Shown piece after piece: positions 49,204 through 57,940 of a stretch of DNA of 64,000 bases. Position 1 is the stretch's first letter, and the number at the start of each line of letters is the position of its first letter. The notes under the pieces were generated by a model. The model was given only the letters and a program-made list of their open reading frames with translations. It searched no databases and was not told the origin of the DNA. Source of the stretch: Oceanispirochaeta sp. (lineage in GTDB: Bacteria > Spirochaetota > Spirochaetia > DSM-2461); assembly GCA_963666275.2 (NCBI GenBank), contig CAXXOA010000001.1, positions 2,240,001 to 2,304,000 of the forward strand. The letters run 5' to 3'. The position numbers and the translations under genes are program-made.

Positions 49204-51160
49204 TCCGGCATCCCTGGATCCTCTGTCTGAGAGAATCCGCCGTATCCTGCGCCGTCTTATCTTTCACGGTCAAACCGCTTTCCAGCAGATCAAGACAGTC
49301 ATAGTAGAGATCCCAGCCCTCTTTCTCCCGGATCCAGTCTGATTTGACAGTCCCGGGAGTTTCCAGAGCATCCACAAAAGGTCGTAAACGGCCCTCCGCC
49401 AGGTCAAGGAGAGCCCGGCTGTTCTCTTCTTCGCTGAGAACTTTCAGCACCAGCCGGAGAAATATCATAGTCAGGGGGCAGGAGGATATAAAACAGCCGG
49501 TGAAGGGATCCAGTTCCTCTTTCACCGCTGTGATTCCCCCCGGGAGAAACCGGGCGTAATAACTGAAGTAGAGCTGCCTGAGAAGGTCTCCTACCCAGGT
49601 CCCCAGCTTTGCCGCGGCGATGGCATCTCCCGCGAAAGCCTCTTTATCATGCCGCATGATCAGCCCCGCCTCATGCACATAACGCATATAGGGTTCGTTC
49701 TCCCGGTTTCCACTCTGCCCCAGGAGAACCGAGAGGATATATCCCTGATCTTCCGCCCGTCCTATAAAAGCGGGTGTAAAGGGCCTGTATGTCCTGAGAG
49801 TATCGCAGAGGATTCCGTTGGTACCCCCTGTAACATGCACCCTGCTGAGGCAGCTTGTGATTCCGTCGGGATGATCCGGATAATCGGGGTCACCGTACCG
49901 GGTCATCATTTCACCTCTGGTGGAAGCGGCCATAACCTTCTGCTTGTCAAATACTCTTGTTTCACCTGTCCGGACAGTCCCCTCTTCCGGAAATGGAACA
50001 TCCGGTGTAAAAATACCCTGAGATATATCCTTTTCGTTGACCAGAGCCCCTGCAATCATTCCCAGGGATACAGATCTTCCCAGGGAATCCACACCCGTGG
50101 CACCCCATAGGGGAGTACTCAGATGCTGAAAGGCTGTTTTCCCGGTCTGCTCTTCCAGTTCTTTCTGGGGAAAGACCTGATCAAGATCAATTTTGAAAGT
50201 TCCCTTCACCCTGCCATCCACTGCCAGAGCCCAGAGAGGCGCAATGGCTTTGAGAAAGCTGTAATGCCTTCCATACCGACCGTCCACACCGAACACCCGG
50301 CCTATGGAGTCAGCAGTGCCGGGAATATCCGAAAGGGCCGACAGGCGTTCCACCAGAAAGGACGTATCTTCCTCTGTAAAAAGATAAACATCCAGTCCTT
50401 CGGGGGTGCCGGCTTTCTTGAGTTCCCCGGACAGGTATTCATGCGCCAGATCTTTCAGGCCCTCATGGGTTACAGAAAGGGAGAGAACCACGGTCATCCT
50501 GGCATCTTCGGGAGCATTCCCCCTGGATTTTTCGTATTTCAGGGCTTCGGACAGCCCCTTGAGACCGTAGATCATCTCATTGGCTTCCGTATCCACCCCC
50601 ATAAGAATGGGATGGTCAAACCAGTATTTCTGGCTCTCTGAAGCGACCTTCCCTGCCCGTTCCCTCAGGGAGGGTTCCAGTTTTTCATAGTTTTTCTCCG
50701 GCGGAACGGTTAAAAGCACATTGGAGGTAAAAATAATTTCTTCCGCGGGATTTCTGACAGGTTCCGGATTCAGGGCGGTGATTTGAACTGTCCGTTTTTT
50801 CCGGACCGCTTCAATCTGCTCCTCTCGCCCGCCGCCCGCAAAAAGGGTCTCCGGAAAGAGCAGCTCCAGAAGAGCCTGTTCCTTCTCAGAGGATCCGGAA
50901 TCTTTATGGACCGCCGGAAGTTCTTGAGCTCTCCTGAGGAGTGCAGGATCCAGGAGCTTCATATCCTCCCACTCTTTTATAATCAGCCCGGCGGCTTTTG
51001 CCAGGAACGATTCATCTCCGGAATCCTCCCCGAGAAGAGAGTTCAGAAAAATCCTTATGTCCTCATCCGCAGAAGAGTTCCTCTCAGGATTCTTCCGGAA
51101 GTCCCGCAACTCCGGAAGGGCATCAATGACAAAACTCCAGAACTGTTTCTGATTTTCCAT
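49196..51160 (-). CDS. Hypothetical protein, possible GT-A-like nucleotide-sugar enzyme
   Basis: 654-aa ORF with AAGGAG RBS; KIDLDQ (DxD), HVTGGTNG and GRAEDQ segments. Confidence 0.6.
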   Translation of the reverse strand: MENQKQFWSFVIDALPELRDFRKNPERNSSADEDIRIFLNSLLGEDSGDESFLAKAAGLIIKEWEDMKLLDPALLRRAQELPAVHKDSGSSEKEQALLELLFPETLFAGGGREEQIEAVRKKRTVQITALNPEPVRNPAEEIIFTSNVLLTVPPEKNYEKLEPSLRERAGKVASESQKYWFDHPILMGVDTEANEMIYGLKGLSEALKYEKSRGNAPEDARMTVVLSLSVTHEGLKDLAHEYLSGELKKAGTPEGLDVYLFTEEDTSFLVERLSALSDIPGTADSIGRVFGVDGRYGRHYSFLKAIAPLWALAVDGRVKGTFKIDLDQVFPQKELEEQTGKTAFQHLSTPLWGATGVDSLGRSVSLGMIAGALVNEKDISQGIFTPDVPFPEEGTVRTGETRVFDKQKVMAASTRGEMMTRYGDPDYPDHPDGITSCLSRVHVTGGTNGILCDTLRTYRPFTPAFIGRAEDQGYILSVLLGQSGNRENEPYMRYVHEAGLIMRHDKEAFAGDAIAAAKLGTWVGDLLRQLYFSYYARFLPGGITAVKEELDPFTGCFISSCPLTMIFLRLVLKVLSEEENSRALLDLAEGRLRPFVDALETPGTVKSDWIREKEGWDLYYDCLDLLESGLTVKDKTAQDTADSLRQRIQGCRIS

Positions 51161-51197
51161 GAAGGGCTCCTTACTGTTTACTGCACTCTGTTATGTT

Positions 51198-51998
51198 TTA
51201 AATACCGTCGGTAAGCTTTGAATGGGAGAGAGAATCATTCCGGGGGCACACAGAATAGGGAATATGTCCCTGATAGATCCTTTCCACTTCTTCTCTTACC
51301 TTTTCCACTGTATTATTTTTTTCTGATAAATGACAGAGAAATATTTTTCTCAGAGACGGATTCTCCCGGGACGCAAGCCGGGACATGAAGGCGGCGGCAT
51401 CCAGATTGGACAGATGGCCTTGATCGGAAAGGATCCGTTTCTTGAGGAACTGCGGATAGGGGCCCCTGTGCAGAAGATCGGGAGAGTAATTGGACTCCAG
51501 AAAAAGATAGTCCGAAGCGGCGGCGAGCTCCTCCATTTCGGGAGTAAGGCAGCCTGTATCGGTTATGAGGGTAAAGACTGTAGAATCCAGTTTAAAATGG
51601 AACCCCAGAGAACAGGGCGCATCATGAGACGTCTCGAAGGCCCGGAATGTGAGCTTTCCGAATGAATAGTCCCTGCCGGGAGCAATATCCAGACGGTGTA
51701 TGGCCCCTTTTTTCAGATAGTTCTCCACAGGCATGCTTTCATGGGTGACCACAGGCAGCTCCAGGGTTCTGCTGAGCTGCTCCACCCCTTTGAAATGATC
51801 ACTGTGCAGATGGGTCAGAAAGAGGAAAGCCAGTTTTTCCTCCTGAAAACCGATCCTTTTCATACGCCTGCGGAATTCTGTCAGTGAGTATCCGTTATCT
51901 ATGAGGATGGAGAAATCGCCGTATTCAAAGACAAATCCGTTGGCAGCGGATCCGCTTCCCAGAACTCCGAAACGAAGGGAGGATTCAGTTGTCCGCAA
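51198..51998 (-). CDS. MBL-fold metallo-hydrolase (YycJ/WalJ-like)
   Basis: GSGSAAN, THLHSDH, SHDA, TDTG, ESNY, GHLSN and CHLSEKNN. Confidence 0.88.
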   Translation of the reverse strand: MRTTESSLRFGVLGSGSAANGFVFEYGDFSILIDNGYSLTEFRRRMKRIGFQEEKLAFLFLTHLHSDHFKGVEQLSRTLELPVVTHESMPVENYLKKGAIHRLDIAPGRDYSFGKLTFRAFETSHDAPCSLGFHFKLDSTVFTLITDTGCLTPEMEELAAASDYLFLESNYSPDLLHRGPYPQFLKKRILSDQGHLSNLDAAAFMSRLASRENPSLRKIFLCHLSEKNNTVEKVREEVERIYQGHIPYSVCPRNDSLSHSKLTDGI

Positions 51999-52323
51999 GC
52001 CACTGTTTCCAGATTTCCGGAGTATAACCGACAGTCACCTCTTTATCGCAGCGCACCACAGGGGTTCTGACAAGTTCGGGAAACTCCAACAGTTCCTCAT
52101 GGGGATCAAACTCAAGGTAGGCGAATTTTTTCTTATACAGGGGAGCTTCTTTATTTACGATCTCCTCTTCTGAAACTTTGCTGAGGATATTATTGAGTTC
52201 ACCCCTGCTCAGTCCTTTCTCTTTCAGGTCCAGTGTGTGGAATTTGATTCCTCTGTCCTGAAAAAAACGGTGAGCCTTCCGGGTTTCCTTGCATTTCTTT
52301 GTACCGATTATCTGAATATTCAT
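51985..52323 (-). CDS. ArsC/Spx-family thioredoxin-fold protein
   Basis: GTKKCKETRKA..F and PELVRTPVVR; start refined to ATG 52323. Confidence 0.82.
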   Translation of the reverse strand: MNIQIIGTKKCKETRKAHRFFQDRGIKFHTLDLKEKGLSRGELNNILSKVSEEEIVNKEAPLYKKKFAYLEFDPHEELLEFPELVRTPVVRCDKEVTVGYTPEIWKQWLADN

Positions 52324-52433
52324 ACAAAAGGGTCCTTCATACGATTTTAAGGGAATTATGGGTAAATACGTCAGTTTTGTAAATCCGGAAGATCCTACTT
52401 TACCCATCAATAAGGCTTCTCTATAATATCTTT

Positions 52434-53504
52434 ATGTTTTATCCCCGCAGAGCCGGAAGAATACTTCCTATCATCTATCTTTTAACCCTGACATTCCTGC
52501 TGCATGCTGAAGAGCCCTCTGCAGACTACACCCCCCGGAAAGCTACCTATCTTCCCGAATACAGAATCCATCAGCTCTTTCCCCGGGATATAACAGAAAG
52601 CGTGCCCTGGTACGACATGAATCCTTTTCCTGAATTTGACAATCCCTATTACAATAAAAAAAGGATCCTCCCTGCAGAGTATCGTCAGTCCCGGGGAGAA
52701 ATCCTTCTGGGGAATTTCAGCGAAGTCCTCTATTTTACCATTGGCTTCTCCGGGGACGAACCACTTGATATAGATGAGCAGGACCGGAACAATCTGAACT
52801 ACCTTTCCAGGATAAGCCGCCTCTACGATACGGATATTTCCCTCTGTTTTGCAGGCTCCTCCCGGGAAATCCTTCCCCGGGTCAGCGATCCGGAGAAAAG
52901 GATCGAAACAGTGGAGGCAATACAGGATATCCTGATGGAGTATAACCTGTCAGGTATGGATCTGGACTGGGAATTTCCCCGGAATGATCAGGAAAAGGAA
53001 CTGCATCTTGCCTTTCTGAAGGAACTGAGGCTTATGACCAGGGCTACGGGAAAAAGCCTGAGCATGGCGGTCAGCCGTTACAGACTGCTTCCTGACGAAT
53101 CCTATGAGATCCCCGACAGAATTAATCTTATGACCTATGATTTCTACGGCCGGCATTCCACATGGGAAGGCACTCTGGAAGCCGTGGAATATATGATGGC
53201 CCGGTACAGGATTCCGCCTGAGAAGCTCTTTATGGGGCTCCCTTTCTACGGACGGATTTTTGACGGATACTCGCCGGACTACTGGAAAAAGAGCCAGAGC
53301 TATCAGGAAATTGTCAGGGATTTTTCACCCGCCCCCGATGTGGATGAGGCAGGGGGTTACTTTTTTAACGGTCCCGCCACCGTTCTGAGGAAACTCTCCA
53401 TTGTATCGGAGCATACCCTGGGTGGGATCTTTATCTGGGAAATCGGACAGGATATCCTCAATAAGGCATCCCTGAGCCGGCTGATACTGGATTATTCTGG
53501 GTAG
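52434..53504 (+). CDS. GH18 glycoside hydrolase (chitinase-like), exported
   Basis: GMDLDWEFP, NLMTYD, GLPFYGR and GGIFIWEIGQD; signal peptide. Confidence 0.88.
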   Translation: MFYPRRAGRILPIIYLLTLTFLLHAEEPSADYTPRKATYLPEYRIHQLFPRDITESVPWYDMNPFPEFDNPYYNKKRILPAEYRQSRGEILLGNFSEVLYFTIGFSGDEPLDIDEQDRNNLNYLSRISRLYDTDISLCFAGSSREILPRVSDPEKRIETVEAIQDILMEYNLSGMDLDWEFPRNDQEKELHLAFLKELRLMTRATGKSLSMAVSRYRLLPDESYEIPDRINLMTYDFYGRHSTWEGTLEAVEYMMARYRIPPEKLFMGLPFYGRIFDGYSPDYWKKSQSYQEIVRDFSPAPDVDEAGGYFFNGPATVLRKLSIVSEHTLGGIFIWEIGQDILNKASLSRLILDYSG

Positions 53505-53720
53505 TCCCACGGGTAGGGAGACCTGCTTCACAAACTGGATTATAGCGGAAAACCGATCCTAATCACCTGCGCTAAACGTTCACAGGCGACGGGAAAAGAA
53601 TCCAGTACATAAACTGAGAAGATAAATGTGGGATCCCCCTTTGTAGAAACACAGTCGTGCCGGGAACAGCAGCAATTTGCGCTGTCCCGGACAGAGACAG
53701 ATAGCTGTTTTCGTCTACTG

Positions 53721-53861
53721 TCATCTGGGGTCAGCAGGAATCACAATTCTTTCCCTGCAGCTGGGACAAAGCCCCTTTCTGAAATTCTTGTCCGCATCGA
53801 TACTCAGTCTTTTTCCGCACTTGGGACAGTGAAATACTTTAATACTTCTCTCTTCGTTCAA
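53721..53861 (-). CDS. 46-aa CPxCG zinc-ribbon microprotein (not in the ORF track)
   Basis: MNEERSIKVFHCPKCGKRLSIDADKNFRKGLCPSCRERIVIPADPR*; TTG start 8 nt after AAGGAG. Confidence 0.75.
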   Translation of the reverse strand: MNEERSIKVFHCPKCGKRLSIDADKNFRKGLCPSCRERIVIPADPR

Positions 53862-54060
53862 ATCAACGTCTCCTTGAATTTTCTTTATCTATCCCATTCA
53901 GGACCTGGAAAATTTCCTGCAGGCAATTTTCATAAAACCAGATTCTCTCAGCAATAAAATGGATCGTTTTCCCGGGGAAGTGGGAACTGAAGAAACCAGA
54001 TAAGCTCATCATGAGGATGAGTGCGTCTTGAATTGCATAGATAAGGCATATTTTATATTT

Positions 54061-54151
54061 AGAATACTAATATTAGATTTTTCTGTCAATACAGCTTAAT
54101 CACTGATTATTCACAGATATTTGCCTTTTTTTTAGCAAAAGTCTAATATTA
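54061..54151. promoter_or_regulatory. Back-to-back sigma70 promoters with a 15-bp inverted repeat
   Basis: Minus strand TTGACA-17-TATTCT (54089-54061); plus strand TTGCCT-17-TAATAT (54121-54149). TAATATTAGATTTTT (54068-54082) and AAAAGTCTAATATTA (54137-54151) are a 14/15 inverted match. Confidence 0.6.
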
Positions 54152-54192
54152 TATTTTGAACAATAAATATAAAAAAGCGTGGTGTAAAAAAT

Positions 54193-55668
54193 ATGTATAC
54201 AGGTGAAGGATTTGTAGAATCTGAATTAGGGGATGTGGATGTCATCCAGCACAACGGGCTGTTCCATTTATTTCATCTTGTTCTGCCCAATCATGATTAT
54301 ATTGCTCATGCCGTCAGCAACGACGGATTCCTCTGGAGACGGGTTAAAAATCCCCTATTCATAGGAGAACCAGGAGACTGGGACGACGATATGCTCTGGA
54401 CAATGCATATATCCGAAGATCCCGATGGTCCGGCGGCATTCAGGATGTTCTATACAGGTTTAAGCCGTCGGGAAAGAGGAAGAATCCAGCGGATCGGCCT
54501 GGCCAGATCCAATGACCTCTATCACTGGGAAAAGGTTTATTCAACAAACTATCCCCTCTCTATTACGGGACCCCATTACGAAGAGTCTATTTCCGAGGGG
54601 CGTCACTGGGTCAGCTGCCGGGATCCTTTTTTCTTCAATCGGGGAGAGGACAGATACCTTCTTGTGAATGCCAGAGTCCCTTTCGGGCCTAAAATCAGAA
54701 GAGGCTGTGTAGGCCTGGCCCGGGAAGTCGCTCCGGATGAGTTTAAATGGGAAAAGCCCCTGTTCTTCCCCGGTATGTATGATGATGTGGAAGTACCGGG
54801 TCTCTACAAAATCAAAGACAGATACTACCTGATAGGCAATATCAGGGAAGATATAAAAGTTCACTACTGGCACTCGTCTGAACTCAGAGGAGATTACGAA
54901 GCCTTTGCTTCGAATGTGCTCCTTCCCCAGGGGAATTATGCAGCCAGGATAACCCCTGTGGGGGACAGACTTCTTGTATGGAACTTCTTTACCAACAGAA
55001 GTCAAACCGGCAGGACTACCATCCTTCCCCCCCCTACGGAACTCCAGGTTGCCGAAGACGGCCAGCTCTATCTGAAAAGCTACAGTACCTTTGACAAGAA
55101 AGTAAAAAAGACCTTCGACCAGAAAAATCTGCTTCCCGTAACGAGGATTCTGAAAAACCAGACAGCCAATGTGGAACAGAAACAGGATGAAATCATACTG
55201 GAATCCATCAGCGGATACGAAATTTTCTATTTTAAAGAGAGGTCTACCGATTTCCGGCTTCGATTCAGAATAACCATGGAAGGACTGGGAAAATGCGGCA
55301 TCATTTTCCGTTCGGATATGGAAGCCAACGGCCACTATATCAGTCTTGATTTGAGAAACGGCCAGACCCAGGCCAGGGTATGGGGAGAGAAGGAAAATGC
55401 AGGCATAGAAGAGTCATTCTGGTACAAGATTATTCAATCCAATCACTTTGCAAGTACGGCATCTGAAAGTCAGGAGGTAGAGGTCATTGCTTTCGGCGGT
55501 TACATTGAACTTTCTGTGAATAAAAAGATCGTTCTCCGTTATGTGGAGACGGACTATATGTGCCAGGATTTTATAGGCCTTTATGTGGAAAGTGCACGGA
55601 TTTCCATAACCGAAACAGAGCTCCAGAAACTGGATGGTCCGGAACAGGAAGATCATCAGGTCATTTAG
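54193..55668 (+). CDS. GH32/clan-GH-J-like beta-fructofuranosidase
   Basis: Propeller motifs GDVD (nucleophile region), CRDPF (RDP) and DVEVP (acid/base), plus a C-terminal beta-sandwich. Confidence 0.75.
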   Translation: MYTGEGFVESELGDVDVIQHNGLFHLFHLVLPNHDYIAHAVSNDGFLWRRVKNPLFIGEPGDWDDDMLWTMHISEDPDGPAAFRMFYTGLSRRERGRIQRIGLARSNDLYHWEKVYSTNYPLSITGPHYEESISEGRHWVSCRDPFFFNRGEDRYLLVNARVPFGPKIRRGCVGLAREVAPDEFKWEKPLFFPGMYDDVEVPGLYKIKDRYYLIGNIREDIKVHYWHSSELRGDYEAFASNVLLPQGNYAARITPVGDRLLVWNFFTNRSQTGRTTILPPPTELQVAEDGQLYLKSYSTFDKKVKKTFDQKNLLPVTRILKNQTANVEQKQDEIILESISGYEIFYFKERSTDFRLRFRITMEGLGKCGIIFRSDMEANGHYISLDLRNGQTQARVWGEKENAGIEESFWYKIIQSNHFASTASESQEVEVIAFGGYIELSVNKKIVLRYVETDYMCQDFIGLYVESARISITETELQKLDGPEQEDHQVI

Positions 55669-55676
55669 TTATTATG

Positions 55677-55716
55677 CTAATCTTTTTTTATTCTTTATAG
55701 AAAAAGATTAGTTTTT
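55677..55716 (+). terminator. Putative terminator after the GH32-like gene
   Basis: CTAATCTTTTT ... AAAAAGATTAG followed by TTTTT; AT-rich, so weak. Confidence 0.45.
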
Positions 55717-55850
55717 AATACATATATTTATATTATTAATTACATATATTGTATCATTTTAAAACCATATACACTGATTTGACTTGCAGCTGATTTTATT
55801 TAGTATTGAATATATTTTTAAATTTTCCTACAATTGAACAAGGAGTTTAA

Positions 55851-57158
55851 ATGATGAGTAATACAAAAAAAACAGAAAAAAGTTCCGATTCGGGAGATGA
55901 TTCTCCCAGCATTAAACAGATAGCTATGATCTCAACACATGGCTATGTTGCCGCCGAACCACCCCTGGGTGCTCCCGATACGGGAGGACAGGTTGTTTAT
56001 GTTCTGGAATTGTCCAAAGTACTGGGAAAACTCGGTTACAAAGTGGATATTTTTACAAGACAGTTTGAAGACCAGCCTGCTAGCGAACCGGTAGACGACA
56101 ATGTTCAGCTTATCAGGATTCCCTGCGGGGGGACAGAATTTATTCCCAAAGAATATATGGTTGACCACATGGATGAATGGGTCGACAACGCCCTCCAGTA
56201 CATATCAGAAAACAGCAAAGACTACATTTTTATCAACAGTCACTACTGGGATGCCGGTATAGCGGGCATGAAAGTGTCCAAAGCCCTGGACGTTCCCCAT
56301 CTTCACACTCCCCATTCCGTTGGAACCTGGAAAAAAAGGAATATGGAAAAAGATTTCCCCCAGGACAAAAAAACCTTTGAAAAACAGTACAATTTTAAAG
56401 TCCGGATCCAAATGGAAAAGGAACTGTTTCATGATTGCCATAAAGTGATCGCCACAACACCGATTCAGGAGGATCTTATCATAAGGGATTACAATGTACC
56501 CAAATCCCATATCAAAATGATCCCGCCGGGATATGATGACAACAAGTTTTACCCCATGGCAGATGCCTCCATGGCGATGCTCAAGGAGAAATTTCATTTC
56601 AGGGACAACTGTATTCTGGCTCTGTCCCGACTGGCCCATAACAAGGGGATGGATCTTCTTGTGGAATCTTTCGGAATACTCTGCCGGAAAGGAATCAACG
56701 CCCAGCTGGTTCTGGCAATCGGTCATGAAGAAAGGAATGAGGTGGAAGAAGAACTCTTTCAGAATATACAGAAAATCATCAAAAAGTATGATATTGAAGA
56801 TAAAGTCAGATTCCTGGGATTTATTCCTGATGAGGAACTGGCGGATACCTATCTGTCGGCGGATGTATTTGTCCTTTCCAGCCGGTATGAACCTTTCGGT
56901 ATGACCGCTGTGGAAGCCATGGCCTGCGGTACACCCACGATAGTCACCCGTCATGGAGGTCTCTGCCGGGAACTGCGAGACGGAACGGATGCCATTATAA
57001 CGGATCCTTTCAAACCGGAAGAGATGGCCGATGATATGGCAGCCATACTGAGGCATGAAGGCATCAGAAACAACCTGTCCTATGAAGGCAGCAGAACCTC
57101 CCGGGACAATTTTTCCTGGACTGGAATCGCCTTGAAGCTGGCCAGTATCGTAAAATAG
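55851..57158 (+). CDS. mfpsA: GT4 sucrose-phosphate-synthase-like enzyme, closest in motif to mannosylfructose-phosphate synthase
   Basis: ISTHGYVAAEPPLGAPDTGGQVVYVLEL, RIPCGG.EFIPKEY, SHYWDAG, HTPHS and EPFGMTAVEAMACG. Confidence 0.7.
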   Translation: MMSNTKKTEKSSDSGDDSPSIKQIAMISTHGYVAAEPPLGAPDTGGQVVYVLELSKVLGKLGYKVDIFTRQFEDQPASEPVDDNVQLIRIPCGGTEFIPKEYMVDHMDEWVDNALQYISENSKDYIFINSHYWDAGIAGMKVSKALDVPHLHTPHSVGTWKKRNMEKDFPQDKKTFEKQYNFKVRIQMEKELFHDCHKVIATTPIQEDLIIRDYNVPKSHIKMIPPGYDDNKFYPMADASMAMLKEKFHFRDNCILALSRLAHNKGMDLLVESFGILCRKGINAQLVLAIGHEERNEVEEELFQNIQKIIKKYDIEDKVRFLGFIPDEELADTYLSADVFVLSSRYEPFGMTAVEAMACGTPTIVTRHGGLCRELRDGTDAIITDPFKPEEMADDMAAILRHEGIRNNLSYEGSRTSRDNFSWTGIALKLASIVK

Positions 57159-57184
57159 AATTGAAAGAGCTTAAAGGCAATAGT

Positions 57185-57940
57185 ATGAACAACAGCATAA
57201 AGCTCCTCTCTTTTGATCTGGATGGGACTCTTCTGGGCAACAGAGAGGCAACAAAAGAATTTAAATCCGCCTGGGAGACTCTCTCCCGGGAGAACCGTCC
57301 CCTCCTCTGCTACAATACAGGAAGGCTCTTTGACGACACCCTGCAGGTGATAAAAGCCGAAGGCCTTCCCGAGCCGGATTACTGCATCTGCGGTGTGGGA
57401 ACCCTGATTTACAACTATGCGGAAAAACGGGTGGAACAGGGTTTTGCCGATCTTCTCCATCACGGCTGGGATCTTATCAAAGCGGAACTTCTGATGAGTG
57501 AAATTCCCGGAGCTGTCCTGCAGCCCCGGGAGTTTCAGAACGATTTCAAGTCCTCCTGGTATCTTGAAAACGCAGCGGAACTGGAACTGAATACCATAAA
57601 AGACTCCCTGAAGGATAAAGGTCTGGATGTGAATGTTGTCTATTCCAGTTCCCGGGACCTGGATATCCTTCCCCGTCACGCCACAAAGGGCAATGCCCTT
57701 TTATGGCTGATGGAGACACTGGCTATCCGGGGCGATCAGGTGATCGTCGGCGGTGATACAGGGAATGACCTTTCCATGTTTCAGATCCCCCGGGTCAGGG
57801 GGATTATCGTTGCCAATGCCATGTCTGAACTGCTTCTCCTGAAAGACAGGGAAGAGTGCTATCTGGCACAGGGTGAAACGGCCCGGGGAATTCTGGAAGG
57901 ACTAGTTCAATGGGGTGTTATTCAAGGCAGGAAAGGGTGA
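57185..57940 (+). CDS. HAD-IIB sucrose/mannosylfructose-6F-phosphate phosphatase
   Basis: DLDGT, YNTGR, KSSW, VVYSSSRDLDILP..ATKGNAL and GDTGND. Confidence 0.82.
   Translation: MNNSIKLLSFDLDGTLLGNREATKEFKSAWETLSRENRPLLCYNTGRLFDDTLQVIKAEGLPEPDYCICGVGTLIYNYAEKRVEQGFADLLHHGWDLIKAELLMSEIPGAVLQPREFQNDFKSSWYLENAAELELNTIKDSLKDKGLDVNVVYSSSRDLDILPRHATKGNALLWLMETLAIRGDQVIVGGDTGNDLSMFQIPRVRGIIVANAMSELLLLKDREECYLAQGETARGILEGLVQWGVIQGRKG

Noticed and set aside
53628..53957. 109-aa plus-strand ORF
   Set aside because: It has no RBS or motifs; the opposite strand encodes the CPxCG microprotein with an RBS and promoter.
53862..54054. Riboswitch or leader peptide in the long leader of the CPxCG gene
   Set aside because: Only a short hairpin (CTCATC/GATGAG) and an RBS-less 33-codon ORF are present; no aptamer consensus was recognised.
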